Origin: a virus
Reading direction: 5' to 3' (one strand)
DNA length: 64,000 bases
IMG/VR virus record: IMGVR_UViG_3300030390_001877
Coordinates: 1 to 64,000 of that record
The translations under genes were made by a program, and so were the position numbers. The notes beneath the pieces were generated by a model. The model did no database searches and had not been told where the DNA came from. It saw only the letters and a list, made by a program, of their open reading frames with translations. Shown piece by piece: positions 26,041 through 35,913 of the stretch. Every line of letters starts with the position of its first letter. Within the stretch, counting starts at the first letter, position 1.

Positions 26041-26592
26041 CTAAACATTATACTTCTTGTGGTGAAAATTCTTAATAACAGAATCACCTTTTCGGTAATC
26101 CACCCAATGACGAAATTCTTCTCCATCATGGTCTATTAAGATAGAAGAATCTCTGTCCAAAAGATAATATTTCTTTCCACCCTTTTTATGCATACTAAAA
26201 AACTTCTTTAAACATTTACTTAAAAACTTAGATTTGTACAGAGGTTTACTTGATTCAAGAACACCTACTGAATAGTATCCATCACACTCTTTCCTCCGCA
26301 TCTTCTTAACCAAAGCTTTATTCTTATTAGATAGTAGACATTTATGAGGGTTGATACAATCCCAAACACCATCTTCAAGTGTTGACTCTAAGAAAGCTTC
26401 TTTGGTATGAAACAGGTAACCCCATTTAATATCGTCAATCTCTCCTGTAGAAACATCTTTAACAGTACAACGTTTATCAAAATCACAATCTAAGATAACC
26501 ACTTTTCGGGGAGTGTTCTCATCTCCAGCAGTGTATGTCCACACAACAGGATGTTTTCCCACAACACAGTAATCATACCAATGCTTCTTCAT
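26041..26592 (-). CDS. hypothetical protein
   Basis: GGAGG RBS. Confidence 0.75.
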   Translation of the reverse strand: MKKHWYDYCVVGKHPVVWTYTAGDENTPRKVVILDCDFDKRCTVKDVSTGEIDDIKWGYLFHTKEAFLESTLEDGVWDCINPHKCLLSNKNKALVKKMRRKECDGYYSVGVLESSKPLYKSKFLSKCLKKFFSMHKKGGKKYYLLDRDSSILIDHDGEEFRHWVDYRKGDSVIKNFHHKKYNV

Positions 26593-27056
26593 AATAAATC
26601 CTCCATCAACTTACTCAAAATTTCATTACGATAAGAGTACTCTTTCAACAAAGAGATGTCAACCTCTAAAGAAGATAATTTCTCTAAAAGTTCCTCATTC
26701 AAACCAAGAAGGGTTTGTTCTAAAGAATACCTAACCTCGGAAGCTTCTTCTTTCTCAATATAATCCTTCCAAAACGAGATAACATCTCCCTCGGAGTATT
26801 CTTCTGTAAATAAAGTGTTTGGTAAAATAAACCTTTTTATGTCGGAGTCATCTTCAAAAGATTCTTGGTAAACTAAATCTACAACTAAACTTTCCTCTGT
26901 GTTTTGTACAAAGGTGATCTTATTATAATAGTAATCCCCATAAGAGAATACATCTTCTAGTACATTTAATATTTGATAAACTCTGTTGTACAAAGTACCT
27001 TTTGATGTAAAGTATTGCTCAATCATATCACTCTTCATAACATAACCCTCTTTCAA
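26589..27056 (-). CDS. acidic hypothetical protein
   Basis: ORF track; exact start uncertain. Confidence 0.7.
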   Translation of the reverse strand: MKEGYVMKSDMIEQYFTSKGTLYNRVYQILNVLEDVFSYGDYYYNKITFVQNTEESLVVDLVYQESFEDDSDIKRFILPNTLFTEEYSEGDVISFWKDYIEKEEASEVRYSLEQTLLGLNEELLEKLSSLEVDISLLKEYSYRNEILSKLMEDLL

Positions 27057-27768
27057 TCATAATCATCTTCTCTAAGTCACCCACTTTAACAACAGAATCC
27101 ACTTTGTAAGAAACCTCTTTGTAGTCTACAAGGAAATAGCTTTTAGAGGAACCCCCTTCGGCGGGGGAATCATCCTTTGGATGAAAGCTGTAGAACAACG
27201 TGTAACGCTCTGAGAGAGAGTGTAACCTTTCAGCTAGAGAACCACCTCCGTTAGTAGAGATCTCTTGTTCTACCTCTTCTGAGAGAGCTTCTGTGGTAGG
27301 TCTGTTAGCTTGTGAAAGGAACTCCTCCGATACAAACCCTTCTTTCTGGTAGATTGATTCTGGGAAAGGAACCCCTACTTCTGAATAGTACATCTTATTT
27401 GGAGTTAATTCTAAAAGCATCTCACCTTTCTCATTGAATACTATGTAAACAGGAACACCCTCTGGTGTCTTAGATATTAAATCTACGGAGTTTAATAAAT
27501 TGTGATGTGCAGAATAACCTCCGTTGACACCTAACTTCATCAAGAATAGAATATCAGTAGGACACTTCACACGAACGTATTTTCCTTGAAGGAATTCTTT
27601 TGTGCAGATAGTGTCGTCTTTTTGGATTGGTTCATCTTCTACATAAGCTTTGTTACTTATTGTAAGATTAGCCACTGAGGTAGGGGATTCGTATATACAA
27701 AAATTGCCTCCGTCATCTGCTACTTCTACAATAACAGGGTATTTAATTTCATTAATATTCTCGATCAT
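27028..27768 (-). CDS. hypothetical protein
   Basis: AGGAG RBS. Confidence 0.75.
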   Translation of the reverse strand: MIENINEIKYPVIVEVADDGGNFCIYESPTSVANLTISNKAYVEDEPIQKDDTICTKEFLQGKYVRVKCPTDILFLMKLGVNGGYSAHHNLLNSVDLISKTPEGVPVYIVFNEKGEMLLELTPNKMYYSEVGVPFPESIYQKEGFVSEEFLSQANRPTTEALSEEVEQEISTNGGGSLAERLHSLSERYTLFYSFHPKDDSPAEGGSSKSYFLVDYKEVSYKVDSVVKVGDLEKMIMIERGLCYEE

Positions 27769-28157
27769 AATTGTTCTCCTATAAGTTTTGCTTTGTTCAG
27801 ATAAAGAGAAGTTTCGTTATAATCGTACCCATCCCAGTACTGAACTATTAATTCAATAGGGAGATTTCTGTTAGAACGTTCTTTACCGAAACGAAACCCG
27901 GTGACACCCTCTTCAAAAAGAAAACTTTGATCAGTAAGGAAATCTTCATCCATAAGTAAATCACCTACATCATCCAAACTTTTAATGACAAAATCTGTAA
28001 AACACTCTCGGTATAAACCAGTTGATACTATATACATAACTCTCCTCCTAAAAAATAATATTCCAAATACAAAAACTCTTTTGTGAATACAAAAACACCT
28101 CGCAAAAGATGTCCTCTTCAATAGGATTACTTTAGCAAGGTGTTTTGTTTGTGTCAA
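27765..28157 (-). CDS. hypothetical protein
   Basis: ORF track; start uncertain. Confidence 0.6.
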   Translation of the reverse strand: MTQTKHLAKVILLKRTSFARCFCIHKRVFVFGILFFRRRVMYIVSTGLYRECFTDFVIKSLDDVGDLLMDEDFLTDQSFLFEEGVTGFRFGKERSNRNLPIELIVQYWDGYDYNETSLYLNKAKLIGEQL

Positions 28158-28176
28158 GGTTTTATTTTATAAAAGT

Positions 28177-28485
28177 TTAGGCTGTTTCAACAACGCGCCA
28201 TTCAAGTTGTGGATCTGATAAAAGTTTGATAGGTTTTAACATTACCTCACGACCTGTACGGTCAAGAATATCCTCGTTAACAACCTCTGCACGTACCTTT
28301 TCATTATGCTTGGTTAAAGCAGTCATAACCTCTCCAGATGCAATAACATTCATCTTAGTATCCTCTAGAGAGTTGCTTGTCTGGACACCTTTCTTCTGGA
28401 AGACGATTCGTTGATTGTCCTCTAAGTTGATGTTGTTGTCGATCAGTGTAAGGGTAACCTCTTTAAGTGTGTTATTTGTGTTCAT
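28177..28485 (-). CDS. hypothetical protein
   Basis: start re-called at ATG 28485 after CAGGAG. Confidence 0.75.
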   Translation of the reverse strand: MNTNNTLKEVTLTLIDNNINLEDNQRIVFQKKGVQTSNSLEDTKMNVIASGEVMTALTKHNEKVRAEVVNEDILDRTGREVMLKPIKLLSDPQLEWRVVETA

Positions 28486-28547
28486 ATTTTTCTCCTGTTT
28501 AATTGAATTTTCTACTCGTTCATTTGTGAATGTTTCTATTCGTGTAC

Positions 28548-29684
28548 TTAGTTTCGCCATTTATAACTTTCCTCTTTTAGTTTAAGTAAATCTTCTTTTA
28601 ACCAATCATTATCGTTATCTCCTTCCTGCTCTGTGCTTATAAGATTTTCCTGCCATAAGAATTCTAACACATTATCAACAGTTTCTGCAACCTTTTCTGA
28701 AGGTGTTTTCTTCTCAACAACTTCTAGGTTATCCAACATATCATTATAAGCAGACCCATTTTGGATAGATTCAACTAATGCTGTGTTTTCAATATACTTA
28801 CAAGGATTACCTAGTGCAACGTTAGTCTCATAATCAGAGAAATTATCTGTAACCAAACATACACCGTTCTCTTTTATAAATTCTTCGGATAAATCCTCTG
28901 TAGCTGAGTGACCCTTACCCGAATTATAAATATTTACAAGATAACAATCCTCTGTATCAGATTTTATAGCTTGTGTCATAAGATCTTTATCTTCTACAAG
29001 ATTCCATATCTTAGCAGTTAATTTTTTAAGTTCCCAGTTATCAACAGCATTACGTTCTGTAGACAGTTTTAGGATGCTAGGTTTCATGTTGTAGCTGTAC
29101 TTAAAACCATTACTTTGACAGACAAACAACCCTCCGCAGAATACTTCACCACCTTCATCATCTTCTGGGTTAGCTATGATGTCGCCTAGTTTAGTTGAAT
29201 ATAATACTTCTCTTTGTTGAAAGAGTAAAGCTCTTTGTTTTATTTCGTCTAAATCTTCTTCAGATAAACCCCTGATACAAACAGAGAAATCTGAATTAGG
29301 TTCTGCTGCTAAGTATTCTTTAAAAACTAATATATCGTGATCAAATACCTCATCAAACACGAACTCAGGTTTCCATACTATATCATTATTCTGGATAGTT
29401 ACATCTATACCACGATCTGTAAGAATAGCCATTGCTTGGCTGCTCCCTATACCATGAACACCAAGTTTAGTAGGGTCTTCTCTCTTGTCTGATAAACCCA
29501 TAAGCAACATTTTATGAGATACTTTTATATTCTTGTTGGTTAGGATTATACCATCTTCTAACCAAGAGTAAACTCCTTCTCCGTCAGAATCAATAAAGTT
29601 TTGTACGAATTCCATCACACTTTTGCTGTTTGTCCACTGATGGAAGACACCTCTTACAAGACTTGTTTTATAAACTTTACTCAT
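28548..29684 (-). CDS. GHKL-family ATPase domain protein (rIIA/MORC-like N-terminus)
   Basis: N-box EFVQNFIDS, LLMGLSDK, G-box LGVHGIG. Confidence 0.7.
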   Translation of the reverse strand: MSKVYKTSLVRGVFHQWTNSKSVMEFVQNFIDSDGEGVYSWLEDGIILTNKNIKVSHKMLLMGLSDKREDPTKLGVHGIGSSQAMAILTDRGIDVTIQNNDIVWKPEFVFDEVFDHDILVFKEYLAAEPNSDFSVCIRGLSEEDLDEIKQRALLFQQREVLYSTKLGDIIANPEDDEGGEVFCGGLFVCQSNGFKYSYNMKPSILKLSTERNAVDNWELKKLTAKIWNLVEDKDLMTQAIKSDTEDCYLVNIYNSGKGHSATEDLSEEFIKENGVCLVTDNFSDYETNVALGNPCKYIENTALVESIQNGSAYNDMLDNLEVVEKKTPSEKVAETVDNVLEFLWQENLISTEQEGDNDNDWLKEDLLKLKEESYKWRN

Positions 29685-29687
29685 AAA

Positions 29688-29972
29688 TCACCACCCCACC
29701 ACATAAGATTTATCTTTACTCAAAGCATTTCCTCCCTGAGAAACAACACTCCACCCCTCAGATTCTATATGAGAAATGAAACCTTCTGCAAGGATGTCAT
29801 TTCCATTAAATTGTTCCTTCAACGTGTTGTGATAGATCACTACCTCAGAGAGTCCTTTTGCACGAGCTTTCACAGCCTCTTCAGCAAAGTCATTCTCCAA
29901 ATAAGATTCATACATAGAAAGGTTATCCTCTTCTAAAGAAACCACCTTCTCAAGCCATTGTTGTTTGTTCAT
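29688..29972 (-). CDS. hypothetical protein
   Basis: AAGGAG RBS. Confidence 0.7.
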   Translation of the reverse strand: MNKQQWLEKVVSLEEDNLSMYESYLENDFAEEAVKARAKGLSEVVIYHNTLKEQFNGNDILAEGFISHIESEGWSVVSQGGNALSKDKSYVVGW

Positions 29973-29977
29973 AATTA

Positions 29978-30415
29978 CTACTCCTTTCCAGACTTATCAG
30001 TTTTTGTTAAAGGTATATCTACACTATTAAGTAGACTTTTAATATCAGCATCATCTTCTGACCAAGTTTGTAGCTGTTTAATAACAGCCTTCTGAGAGAG
30101 TGTAATACTTTCCTGAACAAACTCTGACTCAAAGGTTGTCTGAATTAAATAAGCTGCCCCTATATACTTCATTGTTTGTTGTGAAGGAATTAACCACACA
30201 ATGAACAATGCAGTTAGAAGTGTTTTAACAGGGTAATACTTTTTAAGAAAATCCCACATCTGTTTAATCGTATAACAGTCCTCTATAATACTCACCAGAA
30301 AACCTACCACCAAACCCCCCGCGGTTAATACTAGAAAACCTCCCAATGTTTTTGTTAGGAAAGAATCTAACCCCGTGATCAAATCTACTATGTAAACTAA
30401 TAATGCTAATTCCAT
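29978..30415 (-). CDS. membrane protein
   Basis: two to three hydrophobic helices. Confidence 0.75.
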   Translation of the reverse strand: MELALLVYIVDLITGLDSFLTKTLGGFLVLTAGGLVVGFLVSIIEDCYTIKQMWDFLKKYYPVKTLLTALFIVWLIPSQQTMKYIGAAYLIQTTFESEFVQESITLSQKAVIKQLQTWSEDDADIKSLLNSVDIPLTKTDKSGKE

Positions 30416-30487
30416 AATTATTCCTCCTCAGAAATAGTCTTTTGTTCAGATTGTTGTTTGTAATAAAGGTTCCATGCTTGGGATAAA

Positions 30488-30670
30488 TTACTCATAACGT
30501 TCCTCATATTCGGTTGCAGTTATTTCCTCTGCCTCAGAATTATACCAAACGTGATCAAACTCCTGATCACATTCCATCCCTGAGAGTTCCTCTGCTTCTT
30601 TCGGAGAACTTGCTTCAACAGACACTTCCTCTTCATACTGCATAGTTTTGATAACTTTATAAAACGGCAT
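30488..30670 (-). CDS. small acidic protein
   Basis: AGGAG RBS. Confidence 0.65.
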   Translation of the reverse strand: MPFYKVIKTMQYEEEVSVEASSPKEAEELSGMECDQEFDHVWYNSEAEEITATEYEERYE

Positions 30671-30680
30671 AACATTTCTC

Positions 30681-31193
30681 CTAGTTAAAATTTGAACAAC
30701 GTTTCAAGATGTTTAGATAATAGCTTACCTTTTTGTAATAAGCAACCCCTTTCTTCAAATTTTTCTCATCTTTTTGATTACCAATATTATATGACATAAT
30801 CATCTTCTTCCAATCGTTTTTGTGAACACGCTGAAAGTGTTCTAAGACATCTAAAGATAAAGTAACATTCAACTCGTCATCATAAATAAGTCTTTGGTGT
30901 AGTTCTGCCTTCTTGAAATAGTTTGTTACCCCAAGGATATTTTCTGAGGTCTTATAGTTAATCTGCATAATACCTAAGTCGCCACTTCTAATATTCAAGC
31001 GATACCTGCCGAGGGTACTTTCTGTCCACGAAATCGCTGGCAATGTCAGTTGTAGGTTATGAGGCTCACCTCGATCATATAACCATTCAGCAATCTTACG
31101 TTGGTTGTCCGACAGGCTCTCCCACTCAGAGCAATCTTTTGCAAACAATCCTTGTGAGAAGAGTAGTGTTAGTAAGAGGGTGATTATTTTCAT
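30681..31193 (-). CDS. SLT-domain lytic transglycosylase with signal peptide
   Basis: Sec-type signal MKIITLLLTLLFSQGLFA; catalytic TES, GIMQIN, SYN.G. Confidence 0.8.
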   Translation of the reverse strand: MKIITLLLTLLFSQGLFAKDCSEWESLSDNQRKIAEWLYDRGEPHNLQLTLPAISWTESTLGRYRLNIRSGDLGIMQINYKTSENILGVTNYFKKAELHQRLIYDDELNVTLSLDVLEHFQRVHKNDWKKMIMSYNIGNQKDEKNLKKGVAYYKKVSYYLNILKRCSNFN

Positions 31194-31429
31194 AAAACTT
31201 CTACTCCTACATAAGGATATTTAAGGTTGTGGTCAAGTTTAATCTTATTTATCTTATCAAGGTAAAACATTGTTCTTACCATCCTTTGAGTGCAATCTAA
31301 TTCCCAAACAGAGATTCTATTTCTTCCATTAAGGTTTTTCAAAATCCATTTGTGTAAAGAATTCCCTTTCAAATGTTTAGGGTATTCATCTAATGGTTTG
31401 TAAAAATCTGAAAAAGATGTGATTATCAT
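31190..31429 (-). CDS. hypothetical protein
   Basis: start re-called at ATG 31429 after GAGGTGG. Confidence 0.65.
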   Translation of the reverse strand: MIITSFSDFYKPLDEYPKHLKGNSLHKWILKNLNGRNRISVWELDCTQRMVRTMFYLDKINKIKLDHNLKYPYVGVEVL

Positions 31430-31638
31430 AAATCCACCTCTACAACCTTCACCTGCCAACGAGGACTTAGTTTAACAGCGTCCATATCTAAAAGGTAGGC
31501 TTCTCCTTTATCATCTACTACCCTACCGCACATTCCGTAATGTTCTGTAACAGGATACCATTTCATATTAGTGAAAGGTTTACTAGAGATATAATCTTCT
31601 GATAAAGCTAACCTTACATAAGTTTGATAAGTTTTCAT
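31426..31638 (-). CDS. hypothetical protein
   Basis: coupled. Confidence 0.65.
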   Translation of the reverse strand: MKTYQTYVRLALSEDYISSKPFTNMKWYPVTEHYGMCGRVVDDKGEAYLLDMDAVKLSPRWQVKVVEVDL

Positions 31639-31829
31639 TACTTCTCCTCAACTATTTCAAATTCATAAGAGCAGATACCTAATAAATCACACAAGGTATC
31701 AACTACCCCTTGTAAATATACCCACTCTTTTGAGTACAACGCTCTTGTGGGGTGGTCTTTCCAAATAATACTTCCACAAGAATAACCTGAATAATATCTT
31801 CCATCTTCTTTACTTTTAATATAAAACAT
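31638..31829 (-). CDS. hypothetical protein
   Basis: coupled. Confidence 0.65.
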   Translation of the reverse strand: MFYIKSKEDGRYYSGYSCGSIIWKDHPTRALYSKEWVYLQGVVDTLCDLLGICSYEFEIVEEK

Positions 31830-32284
31830 TAACTATTCTCCAACAACTTCACATAATGAGATTGAGCTTTTACGAAAGGAGCTTTCTTAAGTTTCTGAAG
31901 TTTAACCTCATGAACAAGTCGTGCATCACAAGCTTCTTTATAAATACTCCAAGGAATATGAAACTTGTACTTGAAGGCCATGATATCCACAAACCCTTTA
32001 GCATCTGATGTCTCTCGGAAATGAACTTCTCGTAAAGGTGCTCCGTTATGTAAACGAACAGCGTCTTGGAAACTAATATGCTTAGGGTAATATTTATATA
32101 AATCAACTAACCCTTTAGGTGCGTAGAAACCTCCTAAACCTTTTACTTTGTTGGGAGAGAATAAGTAACCTAAGTGTGCCATAAACAACACTAAACTATC
32201 TAGTTGAAGATTAATAGTGTGAATAGGGATCTCTCTCGCAGTAACTTCTTCTTTAAAACTTTGTGTATAAAATTCTTTGTTCAT
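31829..32284 (-). CDS. hypothetical protein
   Basis: AAGGA RBS. Confidence 0.75.
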   Translation of the reverse strand: MNKEFYTQSFKEEVTAREIPIHTINLQLDSLVLFMAHLGYLFSPNKVKGLGGFYAPKGLVDLYKYYPKHISFQDAVRLHNGAPLREVHFRETSDAKGFVDIMAFKYKFHIPWSIYKEACDARLVHEVKLQKLKKAPFVKAQSHYVKLLENS

Positions 32285-32514
32285 AATAATTCCTTATTTA
32301 ATAAGTGTAAGCTCATCATATCCCAGTTATAATCAAGAATCAACTTGTAAATCATATTTTCTGCAACAGAGTTATCTTCTTCATTCCAAAGTTCATGATA
32401 TTTAGAAGAGTCTTTCATAAAACAACATAAGAAAGCTTGCCCAAGACGATAGCTCGCAGAAGGATACTTCTTGTAATAAAGATGTTTGAAATCAAAGTAT
32501 GACATAGTTTTCAT
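32281..32514 (-). CDS. hypothetical protein
   Basis: YRLGQAF pattern; coupled. Confidence 0.7.
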   Translation of the reverse strand: MKTMSYFDFKHLYYKKYPSASYRLGQAFLCCFMKDSSKYHELWNEEDNSVAENMIYKLILDYNWDMMSLHLLNKELL

Positions 32515-32792
32515 AACCCTTTCTCCTCACATAATTTCTCATACCAATTGTACACATCATTTAAGCAAAGGTAAATATCTGTTTCAGAATAATCTTCTAA
32601 GAATTTAACTGTTACACGAAGTCTCCACCCTGACAAATGTACACGTTCTAGTTCATAGGGTTCTCTCGTCCAACCCCAATTACCTTGAATAATACTAGCC
32701 TTGAAAGATTCCTCTTCTTGGAAGATACATTCTATAAGAGTTTTAGCTGTTTGTTGCATTGCAACGAATTCTTCTGATGTAATTGTTTTCAT
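32511..32792 (-). CDS. hypothetical protein
   Basis: CAGGAG RBS, own promoter. Confidence 0.75.
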   Translation of the reverse strand: MKTITSEEFVAMQQTAKTLIECIFQEEESFKASIIQGNWGWTREPYELERVHLSGWRLRVTVKFLEDYSETDIYLCLNDVYNWYEKLCEEKGL

Positions 32793-32802
32793 AATCGTTC
32801 TC

Positions 32803-32848
32803 CTGTTTCGATAAATATAATACTACCCGTAAGGTTATTTGTTGTCAA
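32803..32848 (-). promoter_or_regulatory. promoter with TATCGAAACAG start element
   Basis: TTGACA-17-TAGTAT-N6-TATCGAAACAG. Confidence 0.75.
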
Positions 32849-33156
32849 CCAGTACTTGTAAAAGAATTCCAAAACCTTTTACAAAAATCTAAATCTTCCT
32901 TAGAATACCTTCTACTACTCCAGTCTAAAAACTCTTCACAAGATATTCTGTTTGTGAGGATCTGCTCTACAACATCCTCTACTGGACGGGAATGACACTT
33001 CTTACAAGGAACAAATCCTGTACCAGAGAAATACCCTCCGAAATGTTGTTCTCCTTTTAGAAAGGCTTCTACACAACAGTCTGGATACCCGTAATATTTA
33101 CCCCACATTCTCCATACGTGTAATGTTTCTTCTGGGATGTTATTTCTGCTTGGCAT
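32845..33156 (-). CDS. hypothetical protein (GYPDCC...GFVPCKKC)
   Basis: GAGGAG RBS; Cys pairs. Confidence 0.7.
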   Translation of the reverse strand: MPSRNNIPEETLHVWRMWGKYYGYPDCCVEAFLKGEQHFGGYFSGTGFVPCKKCHSRPVEDVVEQILTNRISCEEFLDWSSRRYSKEDLDFCKRFWNSFTSTG

Positions 33157-33168
33157 GTTACTCTCCTC

Positions 33169-33492
33169 TTAGTAAGGTGGTCTATCTTTAGGTGGCAAAT
33201 GTTTAATATGTTTCCATTTACAATGATGCTCTTGGTTTTTAGTATGGTCGTAAGGTTTGAAATGATTACCCTTTACAGTATCGAAACATTCTTTCCATCT
33301 TATAGGTTGGTTACAAGTTGAACAATTACCAAACCCTTTAAAACCGCAATCATGTTTATAATGAGGAGGGAAACCTTCTTCATAGTTCCACAACTCCCAT
33401 TTAGGGTTCTCTTTTATAGTAGATACATCTACCCACTTAACGTTACAACTTCCACAATACTTACAGCACGTACCCATTGTTACTCTCCTCAA
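33169..33492 (-). CDS. putative Zn-finger protein
   Basis: CKYC, HDC, CSTC, HHC. Confidence 0.65.
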   Translation of the reverse strand: MRRVTMGTCCKYCGSCNVKWVDVSTIKENPKWELWNYEEGFPPHYKHDCGFKGFGNCSTCNQPIRWKECFDTVKGNHFKPYDHTKNQEHHCKWKHIKHLPPKDRPPY

Positions 33493-33508
33493 AAATGAAT
33501 CTCACACA

Positions 33509-33600
33509 ATAATAACACCATTCTTAAAACAGTCAACCTTTAAATAAGATTATTTCTATGAAAAGTTTTATTTGACAAGGGAGGATTCTTTGTGTAGGAT
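33509..33600. promoter_or_regulatory. divergent promoter pair at the strand switch
   Basis: minus TTGACT-16-TATTAT (33509-33536); plus TTGACA-17-TAGGAT (33572-33600). Confidence 0.75.
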
Positions 33601-33629
33601 TGTTGGAAATTGATTAGAGGAGATACATT

Positions 33630-33794
33630 ATGGTAGAGTTTATTATTTGGTACGTGATGGGTTTGGTGGGCTGTTTGTTAACCGATTACGTAGAGTGTAA
33701 GATTGTGAATAGGGATTATGAAAAATATAAATACGATTCTAAAACAACTATAACTTATTTAGGAGGTGTACGCCCCCTGCTTACCTTGTATTAG
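33630..33794 (+). CDS. small membrane protein (54 aa, not in track)
   Basis: GAGGAG RBS; MVEFIIWYVMGLVGCLL. Confidence 0.6.
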   Translation: MVEFIIWYVMGLVGCLLTDYVECKIVNRDYEKYKYDSKTTITYLGGVRPLLTLY

Positions 33795-33879
33795 TATTTT
33801 CTGTATTCGGAATAATAACTTTTGCAATCGGGTTGAATAGTATGTACAATTATTTGAAAGGTAACTATGGGGAATTTGA

Positions 33880-34122
33880 ATGAACAAAGCACTTTTAATA
33901 GAACAAATAGCCCTTCAAGCGGGAATCTCTGTTGAAGAAGCAAACTTTGCTTTAGAAAAGTTTGAAGAAGCAATGAAATCTTTTGACGAAGGGAGATCTT
34001 CTTATGAACTATTAGTGGATAGTCTTTCAGAATACACTACACCAAAAGATGATCTACTTTACCAAGAGCCTTTGTGGGTGAGAGATCAACAGAATAAAAC
34101 TTTTAAGAGAGGTAAACAATAA
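33880..34122 (+). CDS. hypothetical protein (HU-like first helix only)
   Basis: MNKALLIEQIALQAGIS..EA resembles HU helix 1; the rest does not. Confidence 0.6.
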   Translation: MNKALLIEQIALQAGISVEEANFALEKFEEAMKSFDEGRSSYELLVDSLSEYTTPKDDLLYQEPLWVRDQQNKTFKRGKQ

Positions 34123-34466
34123 TGACAGATTCAACTTTTACAGAAAACACACTTGAACGAATTGCATCTTTGGAAGAAGAGAACCGTCTCTTAAGGAAAG
34201 CCCTCTCTTTGGAAGAGTCTTATTGTTCTCGTGCAGAACAAGAAAACTACGAGATATGGAAACTTTCCCATACAATGGGATTCTATAAAGAATTAGTGTC
34301 TGTTTTGGAGAAGGGTAGCAGTGAGAAAGATGTGAACCTTTTTATAGAGTATATGGGATCTGAGGGGTATGTAGGAGAGGATGAATACGATAAGGAAGGT
34401 CGTCGTAGCTTAGAGGAACACAAAGAGCGTCAAGAGGCTTACAATTCGTTTGAGGAGGACATGTGA
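34122..34466 (+). CDS. hypothetical protein
   Basis: coupled. Confidence 0.7.
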   Translation: MTDSTFTENTLERIASLEEENRLLRKALSLEESYCSRAEQENYEIWKLSHTMGFYKELVSVLEKGSSEKDVNLFIEYMGSEGYVGEDEYDKEGRRSLEEHKERQEAYNSFEEDM

Positions 34467-34484
34467 TGGAAGAGTATACTGAGG

Positions 34485-35893
34485 AAAGTTTCAACTTGAC
34501 ATACCCAAAGTTTAAAATATTTTATAAAGTGTTACAAAACCAGCAACAGATGGAACATTTACATTTGTTTTCTGTGAAAACATGTTATATGTTAAAGAAG
34601 GATTTACTTAACCTAAAAGGAGGTTGTTATGTTTTTAGCCCATAAGGTCGAACTGAGGCCTTCTAAAGAACAACAAGAAAAATTACTACAATGGATTGGA
34701 ACAACCCGACATTGTTTTAATAATTTACTAAGTAACTTTTCTAAAGAAGGTGTTAAGTTTTCTAAGAAAACTGCTAGGGAATACCTTTATAACACGTTAC
34801 GTGTTGATAATGAATGGTATTCTGACATAAGTCAGGAAATCTTACGAGAAACTATCAATGATTTAGAAAACGCTTACAAACGTTTCTTTAAGAAACTTGG
34901 AGGTTATCCAAGATTCAAGAAACGTGGAAGTAAAGCTTCTTTCTCTGTAAGAGACAAGGCTAAGTTTAAAGTAGAAGGTAGAAATCTTTACTTAGAAAAG
35001 TTTAATAAAGGTAAAGAGGGTAAGCCTTTAAAGTTACGTGAGAAACTTCGTTTCGAAGGGACTCCTAAGCAGGTCACCATTTCTTTCCAGAATGGAAAGT
35101 GGTGGGCTTCTATCTTAGTGGAAGGTTGCTCCAATTATAAAGGTAGTTTTCCGCAAAGCGGGGAAGCAGGGATTGATTTAGGTATTAAAGATTTAGCTAC
35201 ATTGTCTGATGGAACTACGTTCCAAAAGAGTAATAAGCTAACATTAAGTTTAAAGAAGTTATCTAAACTTCAAAGAGTATTTTCTAAGAAGAAGAAAGGT
35301 TCTAATCGTAGAGCGAAAGCCAAGCTTTCGATTAGTAAGCTTCATTTTAGAATAAAGAAACAACGTGAAGCATTGCTTCACAACGTAAGCCATACTATTA
35401 CATCTAAATATAAAACAATCTGCTTAGAAGATTTGTCTATCTCGTCTATGACGAAAGGTAAGAATAAGTCATTAAACAGAATGATTTTAGATGTAGGTAT
35501 GTATGAGTTGCGTAGGCAACTAGAGTATAAATCTTTTCTGAGAGGTGTTGACATCCACTTCGTGGATAGGTATTATCCTTCAAGTAAACTACATTATGAG
35601 TGTGGCTTTAAGAATGACAACCTTAAATTAGGAGAATCTAATTGGAAGTGTGGTAACTGTGGTCAACAAGTTGACCGAGATTTAAATGCTTCCAAGAATA
35701 TCCTAAAAGAAGGGGTGAAACACTTACGTGTTTAAAGTATAAATTGTGGACGTAGTTCACGAGAGGAGACAGGTACAAGCTTCTCTATAATCCCTACGGA
35801 GTAGGAAATGTAATCCTTAATTTATTAAGTTGTTTCTGTTAATTACGTAGATAACCTAACGAATGTTTCATTCGTTGCGGTTTTATGTATCGG
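34485..35893 (+). mobile_element. non-autonomous tnpB element, IS607-like ends (no tnpA)
   Basis: GGAAAG at both inferred junctions (34483-34488, 35892-35897); excision restores a short ORF ending at the next RBS. Confidence 0.55.
34629..35735 (+). CDS. tnpB: RNA-guided endonuclease TnpB
   Basis: OrfB HTH N-term, RuvC-I GIDLGIK, RuvC-II EDL, PSSK..ECG and CGNCG Zn finger, RuvC-III DRDLNA. Confidence 0.92.
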   Translation: MFLAHKVELRPSKEQQEKLLQWIGTTRHCFNNLLSNFSKEGVKFSKKTAREYLYNTLRVDNEWYSDISQEILRETINDLENAYKRFFKKLGGYPRFKKRGSKASFSVRDKAKFKVEGRNLYLEKFNKGKEGKPLKLREKLRFEGTPKQVTISFQNGKWWASILVEGCSNYKGSFPQSGEAGIDLGIKDLATLSDGTTFQKSNKLTLSLKKLSKLQRVFSKKKKGSNRRAKAKLSISKLHFRIKKQREALLHNVSHTITSKYKTICLEDLSISSMTKGKNKSLNRMILDVGMYELRRQLEYKSFLRGVDIHFVDRYYPSSKLHYECGFKNDNLKLGESNWKCGNCGQQVDRDLNASKNILKEGVKHLRV

Positions 35894-35913
35894 AAAGATT
35901 GATTTTATTAAGA
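35736..35913 (+). ncRNA. predicted omegaRNA scaffold plus guide
   Basis: 190-nt gap after tnpB with hairpins CCTAC-GGA-GTAGG and AACGAATG-TTT-CATTCGTT; inferred guide begins 35894. Confidence 0.55.

Noticed and set aside
33880-34122. HU/IHF histone-like protein
   Set aside because: Only the first helix resembles HU. The beta-arm motif (GFG.F, RNP.TG) is absent.
34463-34645. 60-aa ORF upstream of tnpB as a tnpA remnant
   Set aside because: No HUH or serine-recombinase motif. It is better explained as a host micro-gene start reading into the element left end.
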